Source of the DNA: Balanoglossus misakiensis
Lineage: Eukaryota; Animalia; Hemichordata
NCBI GenBank assembly: GCA_040954595.2
Contig: CM082586.2
Location: 5,380,509 to 5,444,508, forward strand
Length of the DNA: 64,000 nt
Reading direction: 5' to 3'
The first letter of the stretch is position 1; each line of letters begins with the position of its first letter. Positions 29,771 through 44,200 of the stretch are shown here, in pieces. A program made the translations under genes and the position numbers. The notes beneath the pieces are model-generated. The model was not told the DNA's origin. It saw only the letters and a list, made by a program, of their open reading frames with translations, and did not search any database.

Positions 29771-32700
29771 ATGTCTTCGAATGTACAATACGTGGATGTC
29801 CATGATCAAGTGGTGTACACACCATATGGGTGGTGCTCTTTCCCACACCTAGATCATTTCAATACAGATCTCCTTTTGGACGTACTTCTTTCCAAGGTAA
29901 GAACATTTCAAATTGTTGGGTTTCACCCATTGAGATTGAGGATGTACATGATGCATCATGGGAATGTTGATGCGTTAAGATCTGCAAGGAACCCCACTTT
30001 TCTATAAGTATTGTCATTTTCATGAAATCTTTTCGTTTCAGCTTCTGTCGTGTGTTGAGAAAGAACGCAAATTCTATCACTGACTATTGCAGAGTTTGAA
30101 CTCTAAATGGTAAACTTGATCAAAAAATGCCAAGAAGATGTATAAAAGGTCACATAGGGGTCACAAAGTTTAACTTTATGAAAATTGTAGATTTTGTGTG
30201 TCTAGTAGACCGATCTATGTTTAAAAATAATATTTCAACATTCACAGGATAGCAATGGTCAGCCAGCAGTCTGGAAAACATCAGAAATACCACAGACTGC
30301 AAGTGGCAGCTACTGTCTATCAAATGTTGGTAAGTACTTAGTTATGATAAAGAACAACTTTTTTCCAGTAGAAAAGTTAGAATTTCATTATATTCATGTT
30401 TTACTTTCCTGGTGAAATCAGAATTTTCGTAATGTAACTTTCATTTTCTCGTCAGAGTTTTTAAACTTTGGCTTCTTCAGGCTTTCATAAGAGAAGTTGT
30501 ATCGAAAGCCTTTGTATGGTGAATAGTGCTGTAACTTCCTGCCCCTTAGTGTGCACAGTCTGTTGTGTTTTTCCAGGAAAAAAGATTTAGTCTGTCCTAT
30601 GAAAGGGGAAATAGATGCTGAAATTTGGTCATCTGAGACAATACTTGAGTGCTACAGATAATATCTGTGAAAAGCTGATAAAATGTTAAGAAATTCACTT
30701 TACATAATTTAATTTTTGTTAACAGCTCTCATGCAGTTGGAAGCCCTTTTCAATTTGAGCCAAGTGATGTTTGCTCTTTATAATGGTGATCTGAAGCAAG
30801 TTACTTTCAGAGATCTGCATTTACAGCATGCACCAAGAGACATCAGGACTGCAGGCTTTAGAAAGATAGGTAATGCCTTAAATTCTAGATTCAGTGCAAG
30901 ATCTTATATCATACTTAAGTTACCCAATGAGGTAATAAGAGAAAAATTATACTTCAATTTTAATTCATACTACTGGGTTTTTCTGTCAGGTTCTGGAGGA
31001 ACCAATCTAAGAGAAGCACTGCATTCTGTAGCATGGGACATTGTAGAAGCTGGAGCCTTGCCTGTCATATTTAGCATGTATAAGGTAAGTCTTCATGTGC
31101 CTGGGCCCAGCTGATTTAGAAATCCACTTCTGTAAGAGCCTGTATGCGTGTAGCCAGTTTTGCATGTAAACACCATGTCTGGTCGAATGTACATGATTGA
31201 TTCCGGTTATTAAGGAAGAAAATACGATGTATAAACCATTGCCTAATGCATACTTAAAAATCTGTTAGTTTACCTAATTGTGTAATCTGTTTTCATTCTC
31301 ATTTACAGAATCCAGTTTTACCCATGGTGAAACAGAAGACCTTGGACGCTCTGACAAATTTACTAAATGTAGAAAAGATATCAAAACACATCCTCAGAGA
31401 TGACCCGTGGTTCCTTGACGAAACCGTCACTCTGATCAGGAACGGTGATCTCACCAGCGAGAAAATTCCTGCTGCCAGTTGTGTTGGCAGAATGATTGTA
31501 GCTATTCTCTGCTTGAGGTAAGTTCCACTGTTATGTTAAATTTGATCTTGGAGGGAGGGTCTCTCAAAAGAAAAATCTTTTCATTTTGGGCATTGTCAGC
31601 GATGTAGATATGCTTTGTTAAAGGTGGGCAAGAGGAACTATGAGCTAGTCAATGCACATAAAATGTGGGTTTCCGTGGGATTTGGAAACATTATACAACC
31701 TGTAATACCACAATCTATATAATCACTTATTTTTAACATTGTTATAGATTGAAAAAGGAATTCAATAATCTAGTGGAACTGAAGTATGTGGATGCAGTAC
31801 TGTCTGTCCTGCAAGACAAGGCTCTGTTGAAAGAAAGAAGCAGCGATTTCTGTAAATTTGAGACCATTATACTACAGTCAATCTCCATGCTGTTGCAAGA
31901 TGGTCAGTACATGAACTGCAGTGAAGACATCAGGTAAGAAACATGTCTAGGAACATTATAAGACATCTCAACGTTTACACAAAAGTATCACATTGATTTG
32001 AAGAAGACATTCTGTTTATTGATTTAAAGACATTTTCACAGCATATTTAGCAATCATTTCTTATCTGATAATTCAGCAGTTCTTTGTCAAAAAGAGACCA
32101 GCTGTGCAGCTGTACCTAACAACCTGCGATATGTCGTTTAGTTCTAAGAAACGCACTGTTTTCTCATCAATCTGATGAACTAGTTCACAGTTGCCCGGTC
32201 ATTGCCTCATTACTACTATTTTTACAGATTTTCTTCTAGCTATTCAATGCTTAAATTAGCAAGTACTGGTTTTTGAATCATGTATCGCAATTTGATATTT
32301 CCTTGTCCTGGAGAATATGTTTCCTGTTTGTTTTTTCTGCACAGCAACCAACTGTACTCTTATGCATACGAGTCTGTGCTGAAATGGGAAGTGGATGACC
32401 CCTGTCAAGGTAAGAAAATCTTACAACTCATAACTCTCCATTTCCTATAACCGAGGTGATCACTCAATATCACATGCATGCTGGCTTAAACAGCGCCCCA
32501 TGTGGTCAAAGGGTTGAGATGTGCTATTTCAGAAGTCTTTTTGCTACCTCACTCATGATTCAAGGCATCAATTGTCTGTCATACCCACTTCCCAACCAAA
32601 CATATTAGAAAAGTACAGTTCAACTTCATGAGCAATACACCTTGAAATGATCTTTCACTTTAATGGAACGCTTTCATTCCCCAAAGGAGTAAAAATGGTG

Positions 32701-35700
32701 ATAACATTATAGTATCAATATCAGCATCAAAATATACTAGACACACACACTCCCTGAATGCACTTTACAAGACTGCTACACGGTCGATTTAACTGATCAA
32801 TAAATGAACAGAGACAGCCTACAGAGACAGTTCTATTTGCCAAAGCAATTCAACTGAAATTGATATCCCAGCTGGTGTGTAACAAAACAAGAGTGCTTCA
32901 CTTAGATTGATCAAAAGTGGGATTTCATATCAATTCCATCAAATATCTTTTGTTGATTTTGAATCCTCTCTGGGTTTTTACAGAGATATTAAAGCTTTAA
33001 AATAGACTCTGAAGACTGTCAGTGTGTATCGAAACACCTGATCAATATTGTATATTTCCTTCTCTCTCTTCAGATTCTTTCCTCGACACTTACGAAAGTC
33101 ATGACACTTTTGGTTTTGCTACTGGAAGACTGGTGTTTTCTCTCATTATACTTGTGCACATAACCAAGTCAAGTGTTGAGAAGAAGCAAGTGCTTGCGTC
33201 TGACACCAAGTTTGAACATCAGTTGCTGAGCCTGTGGGAATCCTATGGACCTCAGTCAGCTTTGGGAAGGTGAGTTTCATTCCGTGTCAGAACAACGAGA
33301 GATCTCCTGCATCAAATTGCTGGCAACAAAAGCGTACTTCAAGAAAAATTTTGATGGAAAAGCTTATAATAAATAAAACTGCTTCTCAGCTTGCCATCAA
33401 ATTAGAAACTCTGTAAAAACTACTACAGTCCACGGTTACCGTGTACAGTCCATGCATCTAACAATACTGTTTTGTTTTCAATTCTGTATTTTACCTTTCT
33501 GGGCTGTACACATTTATTTTTGTGTCTCTCAGAATCAACACAGGAGTGATGAATGCTATCGCCGATCTGCACAGTGGACTTTTTGATCAAGCTTTTCTGA
33601 GTGACAGAAAGAACTCAGGACTATCACTGCCGCACTTGTCCGTTTTGAGAAACAAAGTCAAGCGACACTGTTCCAATCACCAATGCCAGAAAGTTGAAAC
33701 CAAGGTAAGCATTGCCTTTTATACATCTCCGTTTTAAATGTAAATTGGTATGCAATTCCATAGACGTGCATGCAGTGTGACAGTCACAGAAATATCAGAA
33801 AAGAACAGTTCTCGCATTTTATCATGATCTTGGGCTGAGAAAAATCTTTATGTATCAATCCTAAATATTCTATACAGGTGCAGGAGTTCAAAGTCTGCTC
33901 TGGTTGTCACTTGGTTTGCTACTGCAGCGTGGTGTGTCAGAAGTTGGATTGGAAGAAAGGTGGCCACAAGAGAAACTGTAAACTGCTGAGGATAGGCGTG
34001 AGAAAACCGCGAAGTGATACGACTACCGAAAACAACGAGAATGAGGAAAACAGCGCAAAACAGGTCAATAATCCAAGCGATGAAAATGAGATACTAACCA
34101 AGAGACGTGCGAAAAGCCACGCAGGTAATATTTCACCTTTCAGTTCTCTTATTCAGTTATGTGGGTAATTTTAGAGCATAATATGCAGTTGGCAATATAA
34201 TTTCAAGCTGATTGCCAACTATAGTTGGTACAAATGGCACAAATGTACGTCACTATTACTGTAATTGCCCATGCATGTAATGCCACGACAAGTACAATGC
34301 ATATACTTGAAAGTAATTCCATGTATTATGTCCAAGACCATTACTCATTTGAATGAACATGTCAAACTTAAAGTACTGCTGGAGTGTTATAATGTGTTAC
34401 AATAGAATAATGCCATAGGGTAGATTTAATAAGACTGCATATGGTCTAAGGGCTTGGGAGCCTTTTCTGAGTCTGCACTTTTTCTGTGGAACTCTCTGCC
34501 CAACTGTCTGCCTGGTTATCATAAGGATGTGTTAACTTCTGGAGTGACAAAAATGATCTTAATTACAATCTTAAAAAAGGCACCTTTTTGTCTATTAATA
34601 CCAACCCCTGATAAAACTTTTAGAGGCAGATTACAGCTTTTCAAAACATTACATGTCCCCTCAACACATTGCCCTCACCATTTGACCCAGAAAGCTATAA
34701 AATCTAGTTCACAGAGATTAACTAGAGACTGCTTTTGCGGTAAATTGACTGTAACTCGAAGGTCTATGTATAATAATGGAATCCTGCAAGGCATTGACAG
34801 AGCTACAGCAATGATGTCCACGGCCGTCTTCATTAGTCCTGTCTCCTTTTCTATCTTTTGTGAGTTGCACGGCAGCTGTGTCAACTGATGCTATCATCAA
34901 TGTCATTCAGAGTTTGATTTGACTTGCAGAAAGAGTCAAATTATCTCGGAGTTTGATAGCTTGTAAACACGACAATGCTGAAAACAATGCGTGTGCTGTA
35001 CGTGTAGTTCACCACGTATATTCATTAGTGTTTGTCTTTACATTCAGATGGACCCTCTGCTATACGTGACATTTTGCGTGAGAATGAACACTGCATGAAC
35101 TAATAGGTTGCTGAGACAGGAATGGATTGTCACACATTCTTTGAAGCCGTCTCATATATTGCCCTATATGTTTCCTCCTTCATAGCTGCCTATAGTGTAC
35201 AAATTACCCATGTTTGTCCAATTAAAAACTATGTTCACGGACACACACAACTATTTCAACAATGAGGGCAGCGCTGTAGGTAATAGATTTGTAATAGGCA
35301 TTCAGGCAAGGAATGAGTAAAAGGTAGTCAGGCCGTGATTACTCTATTACTGTCCGTGTTGATTTGCTTTCAGAGAGAGTTAGCTATGCACACTAATAGG
35401 CAATGTGATTCTCTATCACATGTAGTCTCCATCTCTAGTAAACCATGCAGGCAGAAGGAAATCATGTTCAAAGCCACAGGAGCCTGGTAGATTTTAAAAA
35501 TTGCCACCCAAAGCCTTAATAACCTGGTTTTGTGATTATTCAATGCTTTATGGACGATGAACTTTATAGGAACTAGTGACATTTTTCAATTTGTAGGGAC
35601 ACCATCCCCCAACAAAATTTACAGATCTTCAACTGTAAAAGAGTGACTGCTCTAATAGAATGAATATGGTAACTTTCTTAGCTGCACTAAACCTGGTGGC

Positions 35701-38700
35701 CCTTTTTTTCTGTTCTATTAGATGCTCAGTCACCATTTGACAAAGCCAGAGATCAAATCAGATCTCCTCTGAAGGATATCAACAAATTGCAAAATCAGCC
35801 AGGTACTCCGCCTGCATTCGTCAGCCACGTTGTCGATAAGACGGACAGAAGCAACAGCCAAGATAACAAGGCTTATCCCGATCTTGATGGAGAGCCCTCA
35901 CTCAAAGAAAGATGCAGCAGTGAGCAGACCTCTGTTGGAAAAAGTCTTGCTGAAAACCCGGAAGTAAATGTTGAAATAACGGATCATTCAGATTGCAAGA
36001 CTGCACAGTTGGATTCCAACAACCCTTTTTCTATGCATTCTTTCACTGACATGTTGGAGTCCATTGATGGCATCATTAATACCCCTACAACAGCCTCACA
36101 AATCTACCCAAACATCTCTCAATCGAACGACCACAAGAAGACTGTCATTGCATATCCACCATTGCTTGGAGAGCACATACTGGAATACACAGATCCTAAG
36201 AAGCCCCCTGAAGTGAAGAAGATTAATGAGAAACTTGAAGTTGGGTATGATGCAGACAGCGAGTCCACGTCACCCCTTCATCCCAAATTTCACACCCTGT
36301 CTCCCATTCCAGAGTCTGATGAGTCCTCAGAGATCGGGAGCAGCTTCTGTGATAAAAGTCTCTCCACCACTGGCACTTCCGAGGACCTGAGTTTGGAGAG
36401 CTCTAACACCACCGACGAGGAAAGCAGTTTGATGGCACAGTGGTCCATTGAAGCAAGTCGCGGCAGTGAAGTGCCTTCCATTTCACAGAGTATTTGCAGT
36501 GTCGACCAGAGTGGTGGCATTGCGAGCGACGATGACGACGATGATGAAATTGTTTTGTTTGACATCCGGAAGAGGAAGGAATATCAAGAAGAGCTGAAGA
36601 AGGAGGAAATGTTACAGTCTGAAAAAATGAGTGTCGGTGATGAAGATGATGATGACGAGGCTTGTGTAGATGAAATCACCAGCTCCTCCAATAACGAACT
36701 TTCCACCCTTTTCCAGCTGATCAGGGATGTGACGAATGTCAGCGACGACGGCCTGTCGGAAGACTACCTCGCCGACCAGGAAACCAGCACTGAGGGCGGG
36801 GAGAGTGTTGGAATGACTTCCGGTGTCGATCAACCGACGGGACCCGTTGACATTGGCGGAGCATACCTCAATAGTGAGGATGGAGGAGAGGGAATCGATG
36901 GGCCTTTAGAGAGGCTTATCAAACTCGTTGAAACGCTGTTCCCCGAGTGTGCAGAGGATGGAGTGAGTGACAACGCCGTGCTGGGCAGTTCAGATCTTGA
37001 TAGCGCCACTTGTCAAAAAGATGCAGTGAAAGATAAAGAAATGGGCGGAGAAAAGATGAGCCTTGCCACACGACTGACCTATGATGTCGAAAACAACGAT
37101 CAACAACTTTTTGAACCGTCTTCGCAGTCGCCTTCCTCCATCGAGGGAGACAGCTACTCAGAAAGTTGTGGCCTTGATTATTCTCGTGAATTAGAAGTGT
37201 CCCCAGATGTCCAGGCATCAGGATTTCATGAAAATCAAAATGATACCACCAGTGGGGCAGAGAAATTTGATGATAGCAGTGATATTCAAGAAGGCTTGTT
37301 AGGCTGTGAACAAGCTGATGTCCAGTCACCCGGTGATCGAGTAGAAGACCCTCCAAAGTATGATAACCAGGAATGCAAAGACAGTGATAACAGCAGAGAA
37401 GAGAGCAAACCACTGGGGGATGGCTGTCTGGAAGTTGATCAGAATGAATTGGAAGATTTAGAACATCAGTTTCTGGATGACGATGATGATGGTGATGATG
37501 AGGCTTCATCCGAGTGGTCTTTGGATATCTCGTATGATCTAGAGGACAGCGCCTGCAGCAGTTCTTCAGATCCCGAAGAGTACATCATCACGTTCCCCTC
37601 CGACCTGCCGAACGAGGACTCAGACGACCAGTTCCAGCTTGCCCTGGATTCCTTCACAGAGACCAGCGACAGCGACGAGTATACCGACAGCGGGGAATAT
37701 TTCCCCCAAGACAAAGAGACGATGGAGTTTCACACCCCGATAACCAACAGTGGAATCGGAGACCTGGGCGCCGTGGTCGGGCTGGAGCATTTCTCGGCTC
37801 GTAAAACCAGCCTGTCTGACAACTCACTGGATGGCTCACCTACAGTTAAGGAGGACACCTCGTGTGATCGAAGTCGCTTGTCTTCCGAGAGTGACACCCT
37901 TGAAGGTGAAACCATCGACGCTGTCCTATCTGCGTGCTCTGAGAGAATCTCATCGACAGATAGTGAATCTGACGAATTCCACAGTCCAATGCGTCATACC
38001 AACTCCCATGGTAACGGAAGAGATGTTCCTTGTACATCGATTTCTAAATCGTCATCAGTCCTGGATGAAAAAGAAACACCTAAAGGTGAGTTCATGTATT
38101 TTCTTCATTCCAATTTTTTGTCCATGTCCTAGACATCACATGCATTTTAGTGTCTACCTCATGTACTAACATACCATACACTCATACAACTAATGGAGTA
38201 TCTGGGGTTCATAGGTGGATGTACTTGATGTAAATCACTGCTACATTTCAGGAAAAAATAAAAAGAACAAAAATTAAATACACAACGATGATGACCCGTC
38301 TCTTGACTTGGAAAGGGTAATTTTATTAAGTAATCGTACAGACTAGGTGTGTTCCACTGTGCACTCGAGTATTACCTAGAAACTAGAACAATCAATAGAA
38401 ATGTTTAAAAAAAATTCATAGAAACCATGGATTGAAATCCTATGATAGATAGTGAAGTATGAATTCGTAAGGCTGGCATTTGTTCATTTGTCTGGCTGAG
38501 TAGCTGTAATATTAAACAAACAATAATTTCAATGGTGACATTTAAAAAGTTTTATTTCCACTGTAACTGGCACTGGATGCAGTACGTCAGTTTAACTTTG
38601 AATTTGGCTACCTCCATCTGGTGTTCATGGTCCTTAAACAAATTTTATTTCACATTTCATTCTTTTCAGAAGTCGGAGAAGATGTCGATGGCCACGGCAG

Positions 38701-38722
38701 CCTTACATGTAATATCATGTAA
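29771..38722 (+). CDS. Helical (ARM-like) repeat + MYND zinc-finger protein with long acidic C-terminal region and CaaX (CNIM)
   Basis: Phase-consistent exons 29771-29896, 30248-30329, 30726-30869, 30990-31084, 31309-31517, 31748-31933, 32345-32409, 33074-33269, 33533-33704, 33878-34124, 35722-38085, 38670-38722. MYND: CSNHQCQKVE..|..FKVCSGCHLVCYCSVVCQKLDWKKGGHKRNC. ARM-like 'DIVEAGALPVIFSM..VKQKTLDALTNL'. 2.36 kb D/E/S-rich open exon; ends EVGEDVDGHGSLTCNIM*. Confidence 0.78.
35048..35103 (+). CDS. Possible alternative terminal exon of the MYND gene (DGPSAIRDILRENEHCMN*)
   Basis: Acceptor tgtctttacattcag; the phase-1 join from 34124 gives an open frame to TAA at 35101-35103. Confidence 0.4.
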
Positions 38723-40539
38723 CAATGAAGTCATCCAAACAAGGAGTTTTACATCAAAATCAATATCTGCAAATGTCTTGCTGGCAGATCATCAAATAAG
38801 TCAGCAATAATTTACTGTGGCCTTTTTGGTGTTTATGAATAGGTAACGTCAACCTGAAGATGAATAACTATGGTGTCATGGATTTTAACTGCCTTTCTTT
38901 TCTAGAAATGTTTGTTGAATAAATGCTGTAAAAACATAGCTCGGCCACTGGACTCCCCTGTCTGTACTCTGATGAAAAAATTCAAATGAAAAAATTACCA
39001 AAGCTTTCAGTCCTGTGCCTTATTCCAATTTGTTCAAATATCTCTTCCCTGTCAAAGAAGAGACAATGATAGTCCACTTGTCCAATATATTTAGTTAAAT
39101 ATTTTCTTGATTTTCAAAAAATGTTACATTGAGCTAAGTACATATTGTGTTCATGTTAACATGAAATGTTACAATTGTTATTTATTGAAATATAATTGTC
39201 AAAACCTATTCATCAATGTGCTGTTTGAAGCTTTGTATGGTTTTTAGAAGTTCACATATTTATGAAATCTGGTATAACTTACATTTACCTGAAGTTGTTG
39301 ATGTACTGTATTCAAGTTCTGATACACAACATGGAAAAAAATTGTATATTTCTTCAAATGTAATTTTTTTCAGTTGAAGTTGTTCTGTTATTTCAGCAGT
39401 TGTATTCAAGTTGTTGTTATTGACATTCAGCCATTGTCTCGAATTGAAAGTAAACTGACTTTACTCCAGACGTTAGTCTTTACATTCTATTGTGAATTTA
39501 GAGTTCAACCCAATGTTAAAGCTTTACCAGTGTTGAATAAATATTTCCTGTTAAACTTGATTCTGTCTGTCTGCAGTACATATGCAAGGGTGACCAAGGA
39601 CAATGTTGACATATGGTACAAATAATTTGTAGGATGTTTTCTAAACTTTTTATTTTTTTCTCATACCAGGGTCAGTGGCCCTGGAAAACTATGAATCTTT
39701 TTATGCTTACTAATTAGAAAAAAAATCACGGTAGGGATAGTAAGATTGTTTTTGGAACTACTGATCCAAAGCTTAGTGATAGTAAAACTGATCTGCTCGC
39801 CACTCATGCAAATCATGCATTCCATTAGAAAAAATTCTGTGATTAAACGGTAAATGCACATTAATTCCTTTGTATTGAAAATGCATTGTACTGAATCACT
39901 GACTGTACTGTGTACAGACTTCATGATAAATGTCTCTTAATTACTTGGATGGCCTTGTGGTAAATGACTAGCTACAGTACGTAGGAACCTCCACCCAGAC
40001 TTCTGTAAAACAAACCCAATATTTGGTATCCAACCATTCTTGCATTCTCCTTTGCATCCCTGCATAATTGGTCATGCCAAGTTTATGTTCTGGCTTCTGC
40101 CTCCCATCGTAATTGGCAGCACTTTACATGATAAAAGATGGCACCACCAGTACTGTATATCTCATTCACCATGGAGCATGTATTATTCCATTAAGAATAT
40201 AACATTAAGTTTATTCCAAAAGTAGCATTTTTGTGGGAACAAGATAATGGGAGTCAAACGAGGAAATGTTCCTTTTGGGGAAATTAGCTGATTGTATGGC
40301 TATAGTTTCTTCTAGTAACCGTGCTTATATATAGAGTTTAGATCCCTGATTGTTAGATCCAATGGTATGCCATGTGTTTATTTTGGCTTAACAACATTTG
40401 AATGTAAAGCAAGATATATTCTGTCCGGTTTATTACCAGCGACTTTAATGTGATCGGCTTTAAGGCTTTATTAGCCGAACTTTTGTTTTCACCTTATGTC
40501 GAACAAAGGTCAGCGGTCAAAAATCGATGGGATAGCGCT

Positions 40540-40800
40540 GGCGTCATTGGACGTCCATAGTTACGGATTGTTTATTGTTGCGGGCGGTCCAGCTATTCTG
40601 ATAAACACTTGTTTCTTCAGCGCTGTTTTATTTACGTGGGGAATCGATTGACTCAATCGATGTGACGTAACGAGCCGCTTGATTGGACAATCTCATTAAC
40701 CCCATTCTTCATATCATTAGCGACCAATTCTGCCATTGGTCATAAGTTCCCAATAATGGTGTGACGTAGGTGGGACATTCTAAGTGAAACGAACAGCAAG
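40540..40800 (+). promoter_or_regulatory. Promoter-like region of the cystin-like gene (CCAAT boxes, CRE half-sites, GC box)
   Basis: Clustered attgg/ccaat, tgacgt x2 and gggcgg, ~450-700 bp upstream of ATG 41235. Confidence 0.45.
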
Positions 40801-41234
40801 GGGGGAAATATGGTCAATTTCATATTGTTCGTTTCAAAGTGTATTAAGTGTGATTTTAAAGCTTGCTTTTGAAATTGTATAGATTTTATATTCTGGTACT
40901 TGACTTTCACAATCTTTAGGGTCCCGTTAGAGACACAGAACGCAGGAATCAGAACATACAGATCCGGACACCCCTGTGTAATGTGTCAAGCTTCAAGTTA
41001 TGCAATGGACCGGCTCATTCACATAGTGTGTCAAGATCGGAAACCTCTCGTACTCGTAGTGGCGTGTGACATATGGTTTTAGAAAATAATCTGGATTGGA
41101 AGCAGTGACAGTCCGTTCTCGTTTTCAGATGACCGATGTTATTTAGAAGACACCCGTGATTTTCAAGACGTATGTGTGGATAGTATGTGAGCGATCCACC
41201 TCGCCAGGAGACTAAGCGACCCCGAGTTGTAGCG

Positions 41235-44200
41235 ATGGGGTCCGGCGCGTCTAAGGAAACCCCCGCCCCCACGTCAACGACGTCCACGACAGAAACGCCG
41301 ACACCGACGACAGCACACACCCGGGAAAAGGCAGATGTCATCCGTGTTCCGACAGGGGAAGAAATGCACGATACTTTCTCGACAACCTCACCGACAGGCA
41401 AGCCTGCGAAACAGGATGCCGAGATGAACGATGGAGGAGAAACTAAGAACGTCTCGGCCACTGAAGATTACCGGAGCCGACCCAAGTTGGAATGGAATCC
41501 CAGTATCGATTCTGACTTGGAACACGATACAGATGACATAAAGGCATTACAGGGAGAACTGGATCAAGTTTTAGAGGGCCACAGTCGAATTGTCACCAAC
41601 CGTGGTTACGAGAAGAAGTCGAACTCTGTCTTCCAGCCGCCGAAAACGGACTGGCGATTACCCGACGAACTGCTCGAACAAGAACGTTCACTCATTAGCG
41701 TCTACAACTCCCAGCACAGTGGGATGGATCGAAATCAGAGCGGACAACTTAAAACAGTGTCGTCGGATCCTCACGATGCTGAATTTGATAGTACTGGAAT
41801 CGTAAACGGGCACCGCGGAAAGCTTCGCTCCGAAGACAGAACGACCGAAGAATTTGATAACGCTTCCCCGGTGAGTAACGCTTGTTGTATTTGATGTTCA
41901 CGAAAGCTCCATGTCAACACAATATTTTGATTTCGTGCGCATGTACATGTATGTACATAGGATTTGTATACAAACCTCCACTGTGTTGACACGCTAACCC
42001 ACCACGCCTGTCAGCGTTGTTATAAATTGCTGAACAACGTCGTGGTTGTAGTACATTTCACAGGCAATTTGAATCTCGATACGTAAATATAGCAACAATT
42101 TATCTGAAATTGTATCAGAACTGTAGCGTAGTCTGATCACGCACACGCATGTACATTTCACAGCGTCTCTCGTCTCCATTGACAACACGAAACTTTCGAT
42201 ATTTATATAGATAAAAAAATCAGTGATTCTACGTGAATTTTTGCTGACTGCATTGGTCGTATTTGAATGCAGAAATGTTGGAGATTTAATTGGAATTTCG
42301 CATATCGTCTCGCCAGACAGGTTTTAAAAGTACATCCGTCTTTTCATTAATACACTATACATACGCATCGCTGTTCTATCTCAAGAGGTTCGTCTAGACA
42401 GCTTGCGCTCTACAGTTTACTAGTACAAGACTATAAACAGCCTGCGAACTGACAACGCACGTTGTTGTAAAATCCAAAGCACATCCTTTGTCGTCATTGA
42501 AAAAAATGAGTGAAATACAGAAGCGAATGTTAATTTCAACCATGCTAAAAAATCCCCACAATTTATACAGTTTTGCACAATATTTTATGGTTCAATAATG
42601 TTTTATTACTAGGGACTTTATAAAAACTGTAGCCTGAGTGTATTGTATTGTATTGCATTATACTGTTCTGAACTGTGCTGTTAATGTACTGTACTGCACT
42701 GTTCTTAGTGTACTGTAATGCACTGTGCTGTACTGTACTGAATTTCCAACACAGTCATCTTTCCATTGTCACCTAGTCGTAATGCCAAATAGGTTGTAAT
42801 GTGATGGAAAAAATGCGAAAAAAACAAATGTAATGAAAAAAGCTGTGAGATGGAGACATGTTGTTATGCATTATTTAGTAACCATAATTAGTCCCTTGGT
42901 GTAAGCTTGCCACTGCTCTAGTGAATTGTCTTTTGAACTGTACCTGTTTTGTTACGTGGGCAGGCATGTCTGGGAATAATAAAATAAAGATGTAAAATAC
43001 AGAAAGAAAGGAGTCAATGCGAAAGGGATATTTAAATCGCCAGCGGTTTTAGTATAGTGTGTATTTTAGTGAACAAACAAAGCTTTCAGAACTCGTTTGT
43101 TGGAGACTCCAAAAAGCACAGAAAACCATTGCTAGACTCTACGCACATATAAATAGCTTTAGTGTCATAGTATCTTGGGTACTAGTATGTACCTGCAAAT
43201 CCCCGATAGGTCCTTTACAACCATTAAACAAACGCAGACTGGTTCACTCCCTCCACAGGTCAAATGTTCTAGAACAGCATTGATTATTACGGGAAACCTC
43301 ACCGAGGCTGCAGAAATCCGACTAATACAAGCCTAGTCTGGTCTGCTCTGAGCCAGACATCAATTTGCACTTTCCAATTAGCCCTCAATATGGAAACTGT
43401 GGAAAGATGGAATATGATCAGTTACTAATTACACGTACAATGTGCACAGCATTTGATTATGACCAGGTTTTGTTTCTGGTTATGTCACTCTAGCTGTGGC
43501 GCTCAAATTGTATCCATCGTCATGGCAACATGCAACTATTCTTCATCTTCTAAATTATATATGCTATATCATAAAATCAAATGTAGGATATAGAACATAC
43601 ATGAATATATGCATCAGTGTAAGGGACAAGACAATTTGAAATGCAGTTCCATGGAAATCTTAGTTGCTGAGCATATTGACAGGTAGAGTATTGACGGGTA
43701 TAAACTGAGCTCCTGATAGTTGCAACCTCTGACTCTAAACTGTCATATTTCTGTGTCGTTCAATTCATCAAAGCGTCAGCAGCCATTGGGAAACAGGCTT
43801 TTGTCTGTGAGACATGAAAAATAAGAGAAAAATTGACAGCGTAACATGAATGTTAAAATTGCTGCTGGGAAAGTGTATGGGCGATTGTGCATTGTTTAAC
43901 AATGGTGATTATCACTATTGTTAAACGTTGCGCTTTTTTTTCTTCGTTTGAGCGCGAGCAAGATTGTTATAAGAGAGGAAATTGCTTCTTCGTTTTTGCT
44001 GCAGCTAGGTGAATACAGAGTTGATGAACTACTGCAAAAAGTGTATTGATGCAAGGAACACAAATAGTTCTTACGCAGAAGTGATAAAAGAAGCGCGAAG
44101 CCCCAAAGGGGAAAAAAAGCTAAAATGTCTGTGTCATGCAAAGTGTGTGATACTGTCTTCTTCCAAAGCTTGCAGAATATTGGCAAACACTTGTGGAGAC

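Noticed and set aside
36290-38037. Several antisense or alternative-frame ORFs over the acidic exon
   Set aside because: Shadow frames of the real plus-strand exon 35722-38085.
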